Assembly: GCA_964194645.1 (NCBI GenBank)
Contig: CAXMNF010000001.1
Span: 1-52,729, forward strand
Length of the DNA: 52,729 nucleotides
DNA from: an uncultured Gammaproteobacteria bacterium
GTDB taxonomy: Bacteria > Myxococcota_A > UBA9160 > SZUA-336
Direction of reading: 5' to 3'
In this document: positions 30,340 to 41,261 of the stretch, piece by piece
Layout: the number at the start of each line of letters is the position of its first letter
Numbering within the stretch: the stretch's first letter is position 1
Position numbers and translations under genes: made by a program
Notes under the pieces: generated by a model
Databases searched by the model: none
What the model was told of the DNA's origin: nothing
What the model saw: only the letters and a program-made list of their open reading frames with translations

Positions 30340-30917
30340 GTAACCACCACCTCGTACTCCCCGGCCGCGGAGCGGCGCAGCTCCACCCGCTCGGCACGCG
30401 CCGTCGGGATGTTCTTGCCCACGAAGTCGACCTGGATGGGCAGCTCCCGGTGACCGCGGTCTACCAGGCTCGCGATCTGGATGACCTCGGGCCGCCCGAA
30501 GTCGAGCACCGCGTCCATGGCGGCGCGCACCGTCCGGCCGGTGAAGACCACGTCCTCGACCAGCACCACCCGCGCGCCAGCGGCGGAAAACGGCATCCGG
30601 GTGCGCTGCGGCACCGGCCGGGTGCCGCGGCCGATCACATCGTCCCGGTAGAGCGTCACGTCGAGCACGCCCAGCGGGATCTTGCGGCCGGCGATCTCCG
30701 CGAGGTGCTCGGACAAGAGCTCGGCCACCGGCACTCCGCCGGCCGGAATCGCGACCAAGGCCAGGCGCTCGCAACCGGGATTGCGCTCGGCGATCTCGTG
30801 CGCCATGCGCTTGCTGGCACGCGCGATGCCCTGAGCGTCCAGCACCGTGCGACAGGGGCGTGGCGCGCCGGGGCGCGGCTCGGACTCTTCTCCAGGCGTG
30901 CGGGGGACGCTCATCAT
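30336..30917 (-). CDS. pyrR: Bifunctional pyr operon regulator / uracil phosphoribosyltransferase PyrR
   Basis: PRTase motif [21 protein letters not shown] and the typical ...LYRDD... segment. Start set at ATG 30915..30917; the track start at 30965 is a TTG with no RBS. Confidence 0.85.
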   Translation of the reverse strand: MMSVPRTPGEESEPRPGAPRPCRTVLDAQGIARASKRMAHEIAERNPGCERLALVAIPAGGVPVAELLSEHLAEIAGRKIPLGVLDVTLYRDDVIGRGTRPVPQRTRMPFSAAGARVVLVEDVVFTGRTVRAAMDAVLDFGRPEVIQIASLVDRGHRELPIQVDFVGKNIPTARAERVELRRSAAGEYEVVVT

Positions 30918-30920
30918 GAC

Positions 30921-30953
30921 CCTTTGTCCACCTCGCGGGATGGACTTAAAAGG
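30921..30953 (-). promoter_or_regulatory. Candidate PyrR-binding stem-loop occluding the pyrR Shine-Dalgarno
   Basis: Minus-strand RNA: CCUUU-UAA-GUCCAUC-CCGCGA-GGUGGAC-AAAGG, then GUC-AUG. This gives a 5-bp lower stem, a 5' UAA bulge and a 7-bp upper stem. AGUCCA...GAGGUG resembles the two halves of the PyrR consensus ARUCCAGAGAGGYU. GAGGUGGA is the only SD-like element before the ATG. Confidence 0.35.
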
Positions 30954-31047
30954 ACCCCAAGCCAATGGCTTAGCGCGGCTCGATCAAGCAGACCCTCTCA
31001 CCCTGGCCAAAGCCGCAGCCGTACCGTATCCCGGCGCGGCGCCGGCG

Positions 31048-31878
31048 TCAATCCGCCTGGCCGTCCACCGGGCGGCCGATCCGGTGCCAGCGCACCTCCT
31101 CGACCTGGAAGGTGATCATGCGCCACAGCGTGTTCAGCAGATCGGCGACGAAGCCCCGCTCGGCGCGGCCGGCCGGACCCACGACCCACGACCAGTGCAC
31201 GCGGATCGCGCGGCCCTTGATCTGCTCCGGACTCACGAAGGGGTTGTCCCACAGCCGGCTGTCGCGCGAGTTGTCGCGATTGTCGCCCATCATGAAGTAG
31301 CGCTCGCGCGGCACGATCCACTGGCGGGTGTGACCCAGGCCGAGCGGACGCCGGCTGCGGATCACGGTGTACTCCGTGCCGTCCGGGGCGATCTCCCGGA
31401 AGCGCAGCTTCACGACGTCGCGGTCCTGCTGGAAGTCGAAGTAGGTGTAGTCGCCCTCGGCAATCCGGTCGACGACCTGGCCGTTCACCCAGACGCGCCC
31501 CTCGCGAATCTCGATCTTGTCGCCGGGCATGCCGACGACCCGCTTGATGTAATCGATGCTCGGATTGTCGGGGTAGCGGAACACCACCACGTCGCCCCGC
31601 TCCGGCTCCCCGATCGGCAGCAGCAGCCTGCCCGCAAAGGGGTCGCGCACGCCGTAGGCGAACTTGTTGACGATGATGTAGTCGCCCACGAGCAAGGTCG
31701 GGATCATCGATCCCGAGGGGATCTTGAAGGGCTCGACCAGGAAGGAGCGGATGCCGAGCGCCAGCACAACGGCCAGGGCCAGCGCGCGAACCGTCTCGAA
31801 GGGCTTCGGCTCGCGCTCCGCCTTGCTGGCGCCTCTCCGCCGCTCGGCCGCAGAGTGCGTTTCTGCGGAATCACTCAT
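31048..31878 (-). CDS. lepB: Signal peptidase I
   Basis: IPSGSMIPTL (catalytic Ser), GDVVVFRYP, YIKRVVGMPGD (catalytic Lys region), MMGDNRDNSRDSR. Trimmed to ATG 31876..31878, which shares 1 nt with the lepA stop (ATGA). Confidence 0.9.
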   Translation of the reverse strand: MSDSAETHSAAERRRGASKAEREPKPFETVRALALAVVLALGIRSFLVEPFKIPSGSMIPTLLVGDYIIVNKFAYGVRDPFAGRLLLPIGEPERGDVVVFRYPDNPSIDYIKRVVGMPGDKIEIREGRVWVNGQVVDRIAEGDYTYFDFQQDRDVVKLRFREIAPDGTEYTVIRSRRPLGLGHTRQWIVPRERYFMMGDNRDNSRDSRLWDNPFVSPEQIKGRAIRVHWSWVVGPAGRAERGFVADLLNTLWRMITFQVEEVRWHRIGRPVDGQAD

Positions 31879-33686
31879 CAGCGCTCTCCATCCGTGGACG
31901 ATAGCACCGCCAGGAACGCCTCCTGGGGGATCTCGACCTGCCCGAGTTGCTTCATGCGGCGTTTGCCGGCCTTCTGCTTCTCGAGGAGCTTTTTCTTCCG
32001 GGTGACGTCGCCCCCGTAGCACTTCGCGGTCACGTTCTTGCGCAACGCTTTGACGTTCACTCGCGCGATCACCTTCGACCCGATCGACGCCTGGATGGCC
32101 ACGTCGAACATCTGACGCGGGATCCGCTCCTTCATGGTCCGGATTACGGCCAGCCCTCGCTGGTGCGCCACGTCCTGGTGCACGATCAAGGACAGCGCGT
32201 CGACCGGGTCCCCGTTCACCAGCACGTCCACGCGAACGAGCTTGTCCGGACGGAACTCGAGAACCTCGTAGTTCATCGACGCGTATCCCCGGGTCGAACT
32301 CTTGAGCCGATCGTAGAAGTCGACCACCACCTCGGCCAGGGGAAGGTCGTAGCGCACCACGGCGCGGTTGTCGCCGTGGACCAGCAGATCGCGCTGGATG
32401 CCGCGCCGCTCCTGACAGAGGGCCAGGACCGGCCCCAGGTAGGCGGGCGGGGTGTGGATCTGCGCCAGGATGCGCGGCTCGAGCACGCTCTCGATCTCGT
32501 TCAGCGACGGCAGGTCGCTCGGGCGGTGGATCTCGATCTCCTCACCGCGCGCGAGCTTGACCCGGTAGACCACGGTAGGCGCCGTGATGATCAGGTCGAG
32601 CCCGTACTCCCGCTCGAGGCGCTCCTGGGCGATCTCCATGTGCAGCAGCCCCAGGTAGCCGCAGCGGAAGCCAAAGCCCAGCGCGTCGCTGGTCTCGGGC
32701 TCGGCTGTGAAGGACGAGTCGTTCAGGCGCAGCTTGTCGATAGCGCTGCGCAGCGCCTCGTAGCTGCCGGGGTCGGCCGGATACAGTCCGCTCCAGACCA
32801 TGGCCTGGATCGGCTCGAAGCCGACCAGCGGCTGCTCGGCGCGGCGTCGCGCGTCGCCCACGGTGTCGCCGACGCGTACTTCGCGCGGATCGCGGATGCT
32901 CGCGGTAAGCACGGCCACCTCGCCCGGTCCAGCGCGCTCGATCGGCACCACGTCGGGCGCCAGCGAGCCGAGCAGGGCCACGTCGTACTCCCTGCCGGTG
33001 GACATCAGGCGAAACGTGCTGGGTCGGCACAGCTCGCCGTCGACCACACGCACCAGCATCACCGCCCCCTGGTAGGAGTCGTACCAGCTGTCGAACACCA
33101 GAGCGCGCAGTGGGGCGGCCGGGTCGCCGGCCGGCGGCGGCACGCGCTGCACGAGCGCCTCGAGCACGTCTTCGATCCCGGCGCCGGTCTTCGCCGAGAC
33201 CAGCAGCGCGTCGTCGGCCGGCAGGCCCACGATGTCCTCGATCTCGCGCCGCGCCCGGTCCGGGTCCGCGTTGGGCAGGTCCGACTTGTTGAGCACGGGG
33301 ATCACCTCGAGCCCCGCGGCCACCGCCAGCTCGGCGTTTGCGACGGTCTGCGCCTCGACGCCCTGCGCCGCGTCCACGACCAGCAAGGCGCCTTCGCAGG
33401 CTGCCAACGAACGTGACACCTCGTAGTGGAAATCGACGTGGCCGGGTGTGTCGATCAGGTTCAGCAGGTAGGTCTGGCCGTCGCGCGCGGTGTAGGACAT
33501 GCGCGCCGTCTGGGCCTTGATGGTTATGCCGCGCTCCCGTTCGAGATCCATCTTGTCCAAGTACTGCTCGGCCCGCGCGCGTTGGTCGAGCGTGCCGGTG
33601 CGCTCGAGCAACCGGTCGGCCAGGGTCGACTTGCCGTGGTCGATGTGAGCCACGATTGCGAAGTTGCGGATGTTGCGCGGATCCAT
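31878..33686 (-). CDS. lepA: Translation elongation factor 4 (LepA)
   Basis: [36 protein letters not shown] GTPase motifs, and the LepA C-terminal block. Confidence 0.95.
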   Translation of the reverse strand: MDPRNIRNFAIVAHIDHGKSTLADRLLERTGTLDQRARAEQYLDKMDLERERGITIKAQTARMSYTARDGQTYLLNLIDTPGHVDFHYEVSRSLAACEGALLVVDAAQGVEAQTVANAELAVAAGLEVIPVLNKSDLPNADPDRARREIEDIVGLPADDALLVSAKTGAGIEDVLEALVQRVPPPAGDPAAPLRALVFDSWYDSYQGAVMLVRVVDGELCRPSTFRLMSTGREYDVALLGSLAPDVVPIERAGPGEVAVLTASIRDPREVRVGDTVGDARRRAEQPLVGFEPIQAMVWSGLYPADPGSYEALRSAIDKLRLNDSSFTAEPETSDALGFGFRCGYLGLLHMEIAQERLEREYGLDLIITAPTVVYRVKLARGEEIEIHRPSDLPSLNEIESVLEPRILAQIHTPPAYLGPVLALCQERRGIQRDLLVHGDNRAVVRYDLPLAEVVVDFYDRLKSSTRGYASMNYEVLEFRPDKLVRVDVLVNGDPVDALSLIVHQDVAHQRGLAVIRTMKERIPRQMFDVAIQASIGSKVIARVNVKALRKNVTAKCYGGDVTRKKKLLEKQKAGKRRMKQLGQVEIPQEAFLAVLSSTDGER

Positions 33687-33707
33687 ACGCCTTGCGCTGC
33701 GCCCCTG

Positions 33708-34658
33708 CTAGCCGGGCTGCGCATCCTTCACGGCCTGCTCGAAGTAGGGAAGCGTGAGGCGCAGCCCCGCGTCGGGCCCCACCTGCGGCTCCCAACCCAG
33801 CAGCTTGCGCGCCAGCGTGATGTCGGGCCTTCGCACCTTGGGATCGTCGGGCGGGAGACCACGGAACACGATCTTGCTGGCCGAGCCGGTGAGCGCCAGG
33901 ATTCTCTGCGCGACGTCGAGCACGGTCAGCTCGAGCGGGTTTCCCAGGTTCACGGGCTCCACGTAGTCGGAGTGGAGCAGCCGGGCGATGCCCTCGATCA
34001 GATCCGAGATGTAGTTGATGCTGCGCGTCTGCAGGCCGTCGCCGTAGACGGTCAGCTCCTCACCGCGCAGCGCCTGGCTGAAAAAGCTCGGGATCATGCG
34101 TCCATCGTCGGGCCGCATGCCCGGACCGTAGGTGTTGAAGATCCGCACGATGCGCGTCTCGATGCCATGCACCCGGTGATACGCCATGGTCATCGCCTCC
34201 GCGAATCGCTTGGCCTCGTCGTACACGCCGCGCACACCAATCGGATTGACATTGCCCCAGTAGCTTTCGGGCTGCGGGTTCACCTGCGGATCGCCGTAGC
34301 ACTCGGAGGTAGAGGCGATCAGGAGGCGGGCGCCCTTCTCCTTCGCGACGCCCAGCGCTTTGTGCACGCCGAGCGCCCCGACCTTCAGGATCTCGATCGG
34401 CAGGCGTTCGAAGTCCGCCGGACTCGCGGGCGACGCGAAGTGCAGCACTGCGTCGAGCTCTCCGGGCACGTGGACGTAGTTGGTGACGTCGTGCCTTACG
34501 AAGTCAAAGCCGTCGCGCCCGAACAGATCCTCGATGTTCTCGAGCCGCCCGGTCAGAAGGTTGTCCATGCACACGACCTGACAGCCGTCGTCGAGAAAGC
34601 GGCGACACAGGTGCGAGCCGATGAAGCCGGCTCCCCCGGTCACGAGCACCCTGGTCAT
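33708..34658 (-). CDS. UDP-glucuronate decarboxylase (UDP-xylose synthase-type SDR)
   Basis: [29 protein letters not shown] catalytic motif, [10 protein letters not shown]. Confidence 0.9.
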   Translation of the reverse strand: MTRVLVTGGAGFIGSHLCRRFLDDGCQVVCMDNLLTGRLENIEDLFGRDGFDFVRHDVTNYVHVPGELDAVLHFASPASPADFERLPIEILKVGALGVHKALGVAKEKGARLLIASTSECYGDPQVNPQPESYWGNVNPIGVRGVYDEAKRFAEAMTMAYHRVHGIETRIVRIFNTYGPGMRPDDGRMIPSFFSQALRGEELTVYGDGLQTRSINYISDLIEGIARLLHSDYVEPVNLGNPLELTVLDVAQRILALTGSASKIVFRGLPPDDPKVRRPDITLARKLLGWEPQVGPDAGLRLTLPYFEQAVKDAQPG

Positions 34659-35512
34659 GTCCGATCCCCTTTCGCCCGCTGGTCCAGATAGCCTCGCAGG
34701 GCGTCCCGCCAGTGCGGCAACTCGATGCCGGCCCGAAGCGCCCGGCCCAGGTCTAGCACGGCGTGACCCGGCCGGACGGCCGGCCGCTCCAGCTCACTGC
34801 TCGCGATCGGCTTCACCGGCACGTCCCGATTCCAGCCGCGCTCGCAGCCCCCCCGGACCACCTCGCTGGCAAACTCCCAGCGGCTCGCCTCTCCCTGATT
34901 GGCCAGGTGAAGCGTACCTCGCAGGCCCGTCGCCGCCACATCGAGCAGCCCGCCGGCCAGGTCGTCGGTCCAGGTGGGCCGACCGACCTCGTCGCGCAGC
35001 ACGCGCAGCGGCTCCCCCAGGCGAGCCCGCTCCAGTACGGCCTCTACGAAGCTCGGACCGGGCCCGAACAACCACTGGGTGCGCACAATCAGGTGCTCGC
35101 CCCCGGCGTCCTGGACGGCGCGCTCCCCCGCGAGCTTGCTGCGCCCATACTCGTTCAGCGGCTGCGGCGGCGTGTCCTCGTGCGGCCACACGCCCGGTTC
35201 GCCGGCGAACACGTAGTCCGTGCTCACCTGCACCAGCAGCACCCCGGGCGAGCAGGCGCGGGCCACCACTCCTGGACCCTCGGCATTGGCCCGCCAGGCA
35301 CTCTCCTGCTCGCTCTCGCAGCGATCCACCGCCGTGAACGCGGCGGCGTTCACGACGCAGTCGGGCCCCACGTCGTCGAGGGCCCGTGCCACGTCGTCCG
35401 GGTCGGCGATGTCACCCTGGAACGCGGAAGCACTCAGGCCTCGGGCGCGAGCGCAGGCCAGTAGCGACTGACCGAGCTTGCCACGCGCCCCCAAGACCAA
35501 GCAGTGCGTCAC
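34655..35512 (-). CDS. rfbD: dTDP-4-dehydrorhamnose reductase-like SDR
   Basis: [31 protein letters not shown]. Start set at GTG 35510..35512 (GTGA overlap with the upstream stop). Confidence 0.8.
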   Translation of the reverse strand: MTHCLVLGARGKLGQSLLACARARGLSASAFQGDIADPDDVARALDDVGPDCVVNAAAFTAVDRCESEQESAWRANAEGPGVVARACSPGVLLVQVSTDYVFAGEPGVWPHEDTPPQPLNEYGRSKLAGERAVQDAGGEHLIVRTQWLFGPGPSFVEAVLERARLGEPLRVLRDEVGRPTWTDDLAGGLLDVAATGLRGTLHLANQGEASRWEFASEVVRGGCERGWNRDVPVKPIASSELERPAVRPGHAVLDLGRALRAGIELPHWRDALRGYLDQRAKGDRT

Positions 35513-36186
35513 TCGCGCGTGATCCAAACGTCGAAGCCGCGCTCGCGCAGCCTGCCGGCCAGCGCCGCAGCGTCCAGTCCGCCGCTGGGCCGCACGCGCA
35601 CGCGGTGGCGGCTGCCGCCGTTGCCGGCTCGTTCCGAGCGGTAGGAGTCGAAGCCCAGGCGGCGCAGGCGCTCGACGACCCGGTCCGCCGAACCGGCGTC
35701 CGGGAAGGCTCCGACCTGCACGACCGACCCGGCCAGCCCGGGCGCGGCGCGGGCGCGCGCACGGGGCGGCGGCACCTCGTCCGGGAGCGGCGTGGCGCGC
35801 TCGGTACGCGCCGCGATCGCATCGATCAGGTCCTCGGCACGCGGTCCAGCCGGCTCGTCGCTCGAGCCCGGCTTCGGCCCAGGCTCTGATTTCGGCGCGG
35901 GCCGGGTCTTCGCCGCGGGCGCCGGCGACGCGGGCTGCTCCTGGGCCTTCTGGAGGGCTCGATATTCCGCGAGCTGCTCCGCCGGGGGCGCTGCCGCGGC
36001 GGCCCGCGGCTCGGAGTCGGGCTCGAGCTGGATCGTCTGCACGGGCTCTTGGAGACGGCGCATCAGGATGCGCGGCGCGTCGAGCAACGCCCCCAGCACC
36101 AAGCCGATGCAGCCACCCAGTAGCAGCAACGCGGCGCCCGCCAGGCTGCTCCGCGTGGAGCCGGTCTCGCCGCGCTGCGCCTTCAT
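35509..36186 (-). CDS. SPOR domain-containing membrane protein
   Basis: N-terminal TM (AGAALLLLGGCIGLVLGALL), a Pro/Ala linker, and a C-terminal SPOR-like VVQVGAFPDAGSADRVVERLRRLGFDSY...RVRVRP. Confidence 0.8.
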   Translation of the reverse strand: MKAQRGETGSTRSSLAGAALLLLGGCIGLVLGALLDAPRILMRRLQEPVQTIQLEPDSEPRAAAAAPPAEQLAEYRALQKAQEQPASPAPAAKTRPAPKSEPGPKPGSSDEPAGPRAEDLIDAIAARTERATPLPDEVPPPRARARAAPGLAGSVVQVGAFPDAGSADRVVERLRRLGFDSYRSERAGNGGSRHRVRVRPSGGLDAAALAGRLRERGFDVWITRE

Positions 36187-36187
36187 T

Positions 36188-37885
36188 TCACATGCGCTCC
36201 GGGGCGCTCACACCGAGCAAGGCCAGGCCATTGGCCAGGGTGCCGCGCACCGCCAGGGAGAGCGCCAGGCGTGCCCGCGACAACGGCAGGTCCTCGGAAA
36301 GCACGCGGTGGCGCCGGCCGTCTGATACGTAGGTGTGGAAGGCGCTGGCGAGATCGAGCAGGTAGCGGGCGACGATCTGAGGCTCTCGTTCCCTGGCCGC
36401 CTGCCCGACGGCCTCCGGGAAGCGGCCGACCCGCACCGCCAGTTCCTTCTCCTCGGGCGAGTCGAGGGGCTCCAGTTCGGCCGCGCTGGCCCCCGCTTCA
36501 ACGCCCAATTCCGCGGCCTTGCGCTCGATGCTGCACAAGCGCGCGTGGGCGTACTGAATCTTGAACACGGGGTTCCGCTCCGAGCCGTCCCGCGCCAGGT
36601 CCAAGTCGAAGTCCAGGTGAGTGTCTGCCCGCCGCTCGATCATGAAGTAGCGAAACACGTCAGGACCCACTTCGTCGAGTACCTCGTCGACCGTCACGAA
36701 GGAGGCCTTGCGAGTGGACATCTTGACCAGCGCACCTTCGCTGCGCAGGTTGACCCACTGGTAGATGACCGATTCGACCCGTTCGGCCTCGTGGCCGAGC
36801 GCGCCCAGCGCCGCCCGGACGTACGGGAACTGCTCGATGTGATCCGGCCCGAGTACGTCGATCAGGCGCTGGAAGCCGCGCCGGAACTTCTCGCGGTGGT
36901 AGGCGATGTCTGGCAGCAGATAGGTGGGCTCGCCGCTCGAGCGCACCAGGACGCGGTCGCGGTCCAGGCCGAAGTCGGTGGCGCGCAGCCACACGGCGCC
37001 TTCCGCCTCGTAGACCAGGCCGGCGGTGCGCAGGTCTTCGAGAGCGCCCGGCACCAGGCCCTCCTCGTACAGCGAACGCTCGTTGTAGTAGTTGTCGAAG
37101 TCGATGGACAGCCGCGCGAGCGTGGCCTGGATGTCCGCGAAGATCGCGTTCTGCGCTCGCTCCCGAAAGGCGTCGTCGTCCTGCTCGAGCCACGTGTCCG
37201 CGTGCTCGGCGACCAGGGCTCGCGCCACCTCGATCAGGTAGTCGCCCTGATAGCCCTCCTCGGGCAGCTCGGCGGGCCGCCCGAGTTGCTGCTCGTAGCG
37301 GGCGCGCAGCGAGGCTGCCAGGACGCGCATCTGCTTGCCGCCGTCGTTGAAGTAGTACTCGCGCACGACGGCGTGGCCGGTCGCGGTGAGCAGCGACGCC
37401 AGGACGTCGCCGACCACGGCGTTGCGTCCGTGGCCGATCGTGAGCGGACCGGTCGGGTTGGCCGAGACGAACTCGACCTGGACCCGCTCACCGCCACCCG
37501 CATCGCTCTGCCCATAGCGATCGCCTTGGGCAAGCGCGCGCTCCACCAGCGCCTGCCACTGGGCGCCGGCCAGGAAGAAGTTCAGGAAGCCCGCACCCGC
37601 TACCTCGGCGCGATCGATCAGCCCGTCCGGGTCGCGCAGCTCCGCCAGGATGCGCTCGGCCAGCTCGCGGGGCGGCACTCCGAGCGGCTTGGCCAGGATC
37701 AGCGCGACGTTCGAGGCCAGGTCGCCGTGCTCGCGGCTGCGCGCGGGGCCCAGCGCCACCCGCTGCGCGAGCTCCGGGTCGGCTCCTCCGAGGCTCCCCA
37801 GGGTGCGCTCGACGGCTTCACGGAGCAGCTTTTGGACGGGCTCGTGCACGCGGTTCTCGATAACCCCCGGGGATCCTGTGGTCAA
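36188..37885 (-). CDS. argS: Arginine--tRNA ligase
   Basis: Class I HIGH-type motif SANPTGPLTIGHGRN, a KMSTRK (KMSKS-type) motif, and the anticodon-binding C-terminus. The annotated start is a TTG in a TTGA overlap with the ftsB stop, so the true start is uncertain. Confidence 0.9.
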   Translation of the reverse strand: MTTGSPGVIENRVHEPVQKLLREAVERTLGSLGGADPELAQRVALGPARSREHGDLASNVALILAKPLGVPPRELAERILAELRDPDGLIDRAEVAGAGFLNFFLAGAQWQALVERALAQGDRYGQSDAGGGERVQVEFVSANPTGPLTIGHGRNAVVGDVLASLLTATGHAVVREYYFNDGGKQMRVLAASLRARYEQQLGRPAELPEEGYQGDYLIEVARALVAEHADTWLEQDDDAFRERAQNAIFADIQATLARLSIDFDNYYNERSLYEEGLVPGALEDLRTAGLVYEAEGAVWLRATDFGLDRDRVLVRSSGEPTYLLPDIAYHREKFRRGFQRLIDVLGPDHIEQFPYVRAALGALGHEAERVESVIYQWVNLRSEGALVKMSTRKASFVTVDEVLDEVGPDVFRYFMIERRADTHLDFDLDLARDGSERNPVFKIQYAHARLCSIERKAAELGVEAGASAAELEPLDSPEEKELAVRVGRFPEAVGQAAREREPQIVARYLLDLASAFHTYVSDGRRHRVLSEDLPLSRARLALSLAVRGTLANGLALLGVSAPERM

Positions 37886-38208
37886 TCGAGGCGGTCGGTC
37901 CCCTCGGGCCAGCGCACCACGATCTCTCCAGGCCGCAACATGCCGAGCTGCTCGCGGGCAGCCGTCTCCACGGCGAACGGCTGCCCGCGCAGCCGCGCGA
38001 TGCGCTGTCCCAGGCGAACCCGCTCGGCGTCCAGATCGGACACCTTGCTGCGCCGCAGCTGAGCCTGCTCGCGCAGGCCGGCGAGGGGCAGGAGCCCCGT
38101 CTCGCGGTCGAGCAGCAGGACACCGAGTGCCGCGAGCAGGGCCAGGAGCGGGGCGACCGCCACGCCCAGCAGCCCGCGCCAGAAACCCGGGCCCTTGCGC
38201 TTAGCCAT
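37882..38208 (-). CDS. ftsB: Septum formation initiator family protein (FtsB/DivIC-like)
   Basis: Single TM (LLGVAVAPLLALLAALGVLLL), a coiled coil, and conserved C-terminal AREQLGMLRPGEIVV. Start at ATG 38206..38208 (GGAG upstream); ATG 38229 is an alternative. Confidence 0.75.
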   Translation of the reverse strand: MAKRKGPGFWRGLLGVAVAPLLALLAALGVLLLDRETGLLPLAGLREQAQLRRSKVSDLDAERVRLGQRIARLRGQPFAVETAAREQLGMLRPGEIVVRWPEGTDRLD

Positions 38209-38770
38209 CGCGGCGCTCCGATCCGCCATCTCGCTCGGCGAGCAGGCGGCGCACCACCCGCGTGTAGCGCGGGTCGTCCCAGTTTCGGGGGCCGATGAAG
38301 CGCTCCGCCAGCCGGCCGCGCGCGTCGATCAGGTAGGTCTCGGGCACCCCGGTCACTCCGAACGAGCCATGGGCGTCCTTGGCCGGGTCCAGCAGGATCG
38401 GGAACGACAGCCCGAACTCCCGCCGGAACTCTTCCACGGCCTGCCCCTGCCCGGGCGCGTCGATGCTCACCGCCAGAATCTCGAAGCCCTCCTCGTGCAG
38501 ACGCCCGTAGAGCCGCTGGAGCGAGGGCGCCTCATCCCGGCACGGGGGGCACCAGGTCGCCCAGAAGTTTACGAATACGACGCTTCCGCGCTGCTCGTGC
38601 AGGGCAACCGCCTCGCCAGCCAGGTCGGACAGGGCGAAATCGGGAGCCGGGGCGCCGAGTTGGGCGCCCACCCCGGGCGGGACGCGCAGCAACACGAGCG
38701 CTCCGATCACGAGCGCGAACAGACCCGACGCCAGGAGGAGGGGAAGAGCGCCGCTCCGCTCCCGGCTCAA
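38201..38770 (-). CDS. TlpA/ResA-family periplasmic thiol:disulfide oxidoreductase
   Basis: [16 protein letters not shown] thioredoxin CxxC motif and an N-terminal membrane anchor. The TTG start forms a TTGA overlap with the rplQ stop. Confidence 0.85.
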   Translation of the reverse strand: MSRERSGALPLLLASGLFALVIGALVLLRVPPGVGAQLGAPAPDFALSDLAGEAVALHEQRGSVVFVNFWATWCPPCRDEAPSLQRLYGRLHEEGFEILAVSIDAPGQGQAVEEFRREFGLSFPILLDPAKDAHGSFGVTGVPETYLIDARGRLAERFIGPRNWDDPRYTRVVRRLLAERDGGSERRDG

Positions 38771-39156
38771 GAGGTCGGCTCGGCCCCTTTCGCGGCCTCG
38801 TCCTCGGGGAGCAGCTGAACCAAGGACATCGGGGCGTTGTCCCCGGGCCTGCGGCCCAGCTTGAGGATGCGCGTGTAGCCGCCGGGCCGCTCGTGGTAGC
38901 GGTCCGCCAGCACGTCGAACACACGGCTCGCGACCTCGCGGGAGCGGATCGTGCGAAGCGCCTGACGCCGCGCGTGCAAGGTGCCGCGCTTTCCCAGAGT
39001 GATCATGCGTTCGGCGATGCGGCGCACTTCCTTCGCCTTGGCATCGGTGGTCCGGATCTCCTCGTGCTCGAGCAGCGAGGTGACCATATTGCGCAGCATC
39101 GCAGCCCGGTGAGAGACGCTCCGGTTGAGCTTGCGGTGATCCTTGCGGTGGCGCAC
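38767..39156 (-). CDS. rplQ: 50S ribosomal protein L17
   Basis: (GTG)[23 protein letters not shown].... GGAGAGGAG SD. Only the last 129 codons of track ORF 38767..40095 are L17. Confidence 0.95.
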   Translation of the reverse strand: MRHRKDHRKLNRSVSHRAAMLRNMVTSLLEHEEIRTTDAKAKEVRRIAERMITLGKRGTLHARRQALRTIRSREVASRVFDVLADRYHERPGGYTRILKLGRRPGDNAPMSLVQLLPEDEAAKGAEPTS

Positions 39157-39167
39157 TGGCTCCTCTC

Positions 39168-40193
39168 CTAGCCCTCGACGGTCTCGCGTATGCGATCCAG
39201 CTCCTTGCGAGCCGGGAACGAGTCCAGGGTCATCCCGAAGCCCAGGTTCAGGCCTTCGAGGATCTCCTTGATCTCGTTCAGCGACTTGCGGCCGAAGTTC
39301 TTGGTCTTCAGCATGTCGCCTTCGCTGCGCTGGATCAGCTCGCCGATGTACTTGATGTCGGCATTCTGCAGGCAGTTGGCCGAGCGCACCGAGAGCTCGA
39401 GCTCCTCGACCGGCCGGTAGAGCACCTCGTTGACCGTTCCCGCTCCGGGGCTCTCCGCGACGCTCCGCTCGATCTCCTCCTCGAAGTTGATGAAGATCGT
39501 GAGCTGGTCCTTGAGGATCTTGGCCGCAAAGGCCAGCGCGTCGCCGGGCACCACGGAGCCGTCCGTCCAGAGCTCCAGGTTGAGGCGGTCGTAGTTCGTC
39601 TCCTGCCCGACGCGCGCGCTCGTGACGGTGTAGTTGACCTTGCGCACCGGCGAGAAGATCGCGTCGATCGGGACCGTGCCGATCGGCTGCCCCTCGATCG
39701 CGTTCTTCTCGGCCGCCACGAAGCCCTTCCCGGACTCGACCGTCGCGGTCAGGCTCACCTCGGCGTCGTCGGAGAGCGTCGCGATGTGGTGGTCCGGGTT
39801 CAGGATCTCCACCGTCTGATCGGGCGACACGAAGTCGGCCGCGGTGATCGCCCCCGGTCCCTTCTTGTTGAGCGTCAGCTCCTTGGGCCCCTGAGCGTTC
39901 AGGCGCAACCGCACCTCCTTCAGGGAGAGGATCACGTCGGTCACGTCCTCGAGTACGCCCGGAATCGTAGTGAACTCGTGCATCACGTTGTCGATGCGGA
40001 TCGACGTGATCGCGGCGCCGCGCAGCGAAGAGATCAGCACGCGTCGCAGGGCGTTCCCCAACGTGAGGCCGAAGCCGCGTTCGAGTGGTGCGCACTCGAA
40101 ACGGCCGTAGCTTTCGGACAGATTGTCCTCGACCTCTAGACGGCGCGGCCGAATCAGACCTAGCCAGTTCTGCACCATGAGTTCGACGTTCAT
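39168..40193 (-). CDS. rpoA: DNA-directed RNA polymerase alpha subunit
   Basis: N-terminal domain [17 protein letters not shown] and C-terminal domain [23 protein letters not shown]. Confidence 0.95.
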   Translation of the reverse strand: MNVELMVQNWLGLIRPRRLEVEDNLSESYGRFECAPLERGFGLTLGNALRRVLISSLRGAAITSIRIDNVMHEFTTIPGVLEDVTDVILSLKEVRLRLNAQGPKELTLNKKGPGAITAADFVSPDQTVEILNPDHHIATLSDDAEVSLTATVESGKGFVAAEKNAIEGQPIGTVPIDAIFSPVRKVNYTVTSARVGQETNYDRLNLELWTDGSVVPGDALAFAAKILKDQLTIFINFEEEIERSVAESPGAGTVNEVLYRPVEELELSVRSANCLQNADIKYIGELIQRSEGDMLKTKNFGRKSLNEIKEILEGLNLGFGMTLDSFPARKELDRIRETVEG

Positions 40194-40227
40194 GCGGTTT
40201 CTCCTCTCCGGATATCTCGGAGCGGTA

Positions 40228-40854
40228 CTAACGGGAATAGAGCTCGACGATCAGCTGCTCTTGGATGGGCAGGGTGATCTCCTCGCGGGCGGGGTCTCCG
40301 ATCACCTCGCCGGTCTTCTTGTCCTTGTCGACCTCGAGCCAGGCGGGCAGCCCCCGTGCGTCGACGTTCTGCAGCGCCTCCTCGATGCGCGCGGCCTTCT
40401 TGCCGCGCTCGGTCAGCGCGATCACGTCCCCCTTCTTCACTCGGGCGGAAGGGATGCTGACGCGCCGCCCGTTCACCGTAAAGTGCCCGTGGCGCACCAA
40501 CTGGCGCCCCTCGGTACGGGAAGACGTGAAGCCCAAGCGGTGCACGACGTTGTCGAGCCGGCGCTCGAGCAGCGCGAGCAGGGTCTCGCCGGTCACGCCA
40601 CGGATCCGCTCTGCGTCGCGCACGGTCTTGCGGAACTGGCGCTCCAGCACGCCATAGATGCGCCGCACCTTCTGCTTCTCGCGCAACTGGTTGCCGAAGT
40701 CCGAGAACTTGGGACGCGACTGGCCGTGCTGGCCAGGGGGGTAGTTGCGGCGCTCGATCGAGCACTTGTCGGTGAAGCAGCGCTCGCCCTTCAGGAAGAG
40801 CTTCATGCCTTCCCGGCGGCACAACCTGCAAACGGATCCTCGGTATCGGGCCAC
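40228..40854 (-). CDS. rpsD: 30S ribosomal protein S4
   Basis: [26 protein letters not shown].... Confidence 0.95.
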   Translation of the reverse strand: MARYRGSVCRLCRREGMKLFLKGERCFTDKCSIERRNYPPGQHGQSRPKFSDFGNQLREKQKVRRIYGVLERQFRKTVRDAERIRGVTGETLLALLERRLDNVVHRLGFTSSRTEGRQLVRHGHFTVNGRRVSIPSARVKKGDVIALTERGKKAARIEEALQNVDARGLPAWLEVDKDKKTGEVIGDPAREEITLPIQEQLIVELYSR

Positions 40855-40862
40855 GAGCGCTC

Positions 40863-41249
40863 CTAGGCGCGGCGCCGCTTGGGCGGGCGGCAGCCGTTGT
40901 GGGGGATGGGCGTAACGTCGCGAATGAAGGTGACCTTGAAGCCGGCGGCCTGCAGTGAGCGCAGGGCGGACTCGCGTCCGGCGCCCGGCCCCTTCACGAG
41001 CACGCCCACCTGGCGCACGCCGTGCTCCATGGCCTTGCGGGCCACGGCCTCGGCGCAGGACTGGGCGGCATAGGGGGTGGACTTGCGCGAGCCCTTGAAC
41101 CCCACCTGCCCCGCCGACGCGCTGGCCAGGCTGTTCCCAGCCACGTCGGTGATGGTGATGATCGTGTTGTTGAACGACGCGTGGATGTGCGCCACACCCG
41201 TCTGGATGTTCTTCTTGACGCGCCGCTTGACTCGCTTTGCCTTGGCCAT
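40863..41249 (-). CDS. rpsK: 30S ribosomal protein S11
   Basis: [18 protein letters not shown]...[11 protein letters not shown]. Confidence 0.95.
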   Translation of the reverse strand: MAKAKRVKRRVKKNIQTGVAHIHASFNNTIITITDVAGNSLASASAGQVGFKGSRKSTPYAAQSCAEAVARKAMEHGVRQVGVLVKGPGAGRESALRSLQAAGFKVTFIRDVTPIPHNGCRPPKRRRA

Positions 41250-41261
41250 GCTTCTCGCTCG

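Noticed and set aside
38767-40095. 442-aa minus-strand track ORF, and the analogous 605-aa ORF at 49930..51747
   Set aside because: Only the 3'-terminal 129 codons (L17) and 115 codons (L22) are real. The upstream parts overlap rpoA, or rpsS/rplB/rplW, out of frame and translate to junk.
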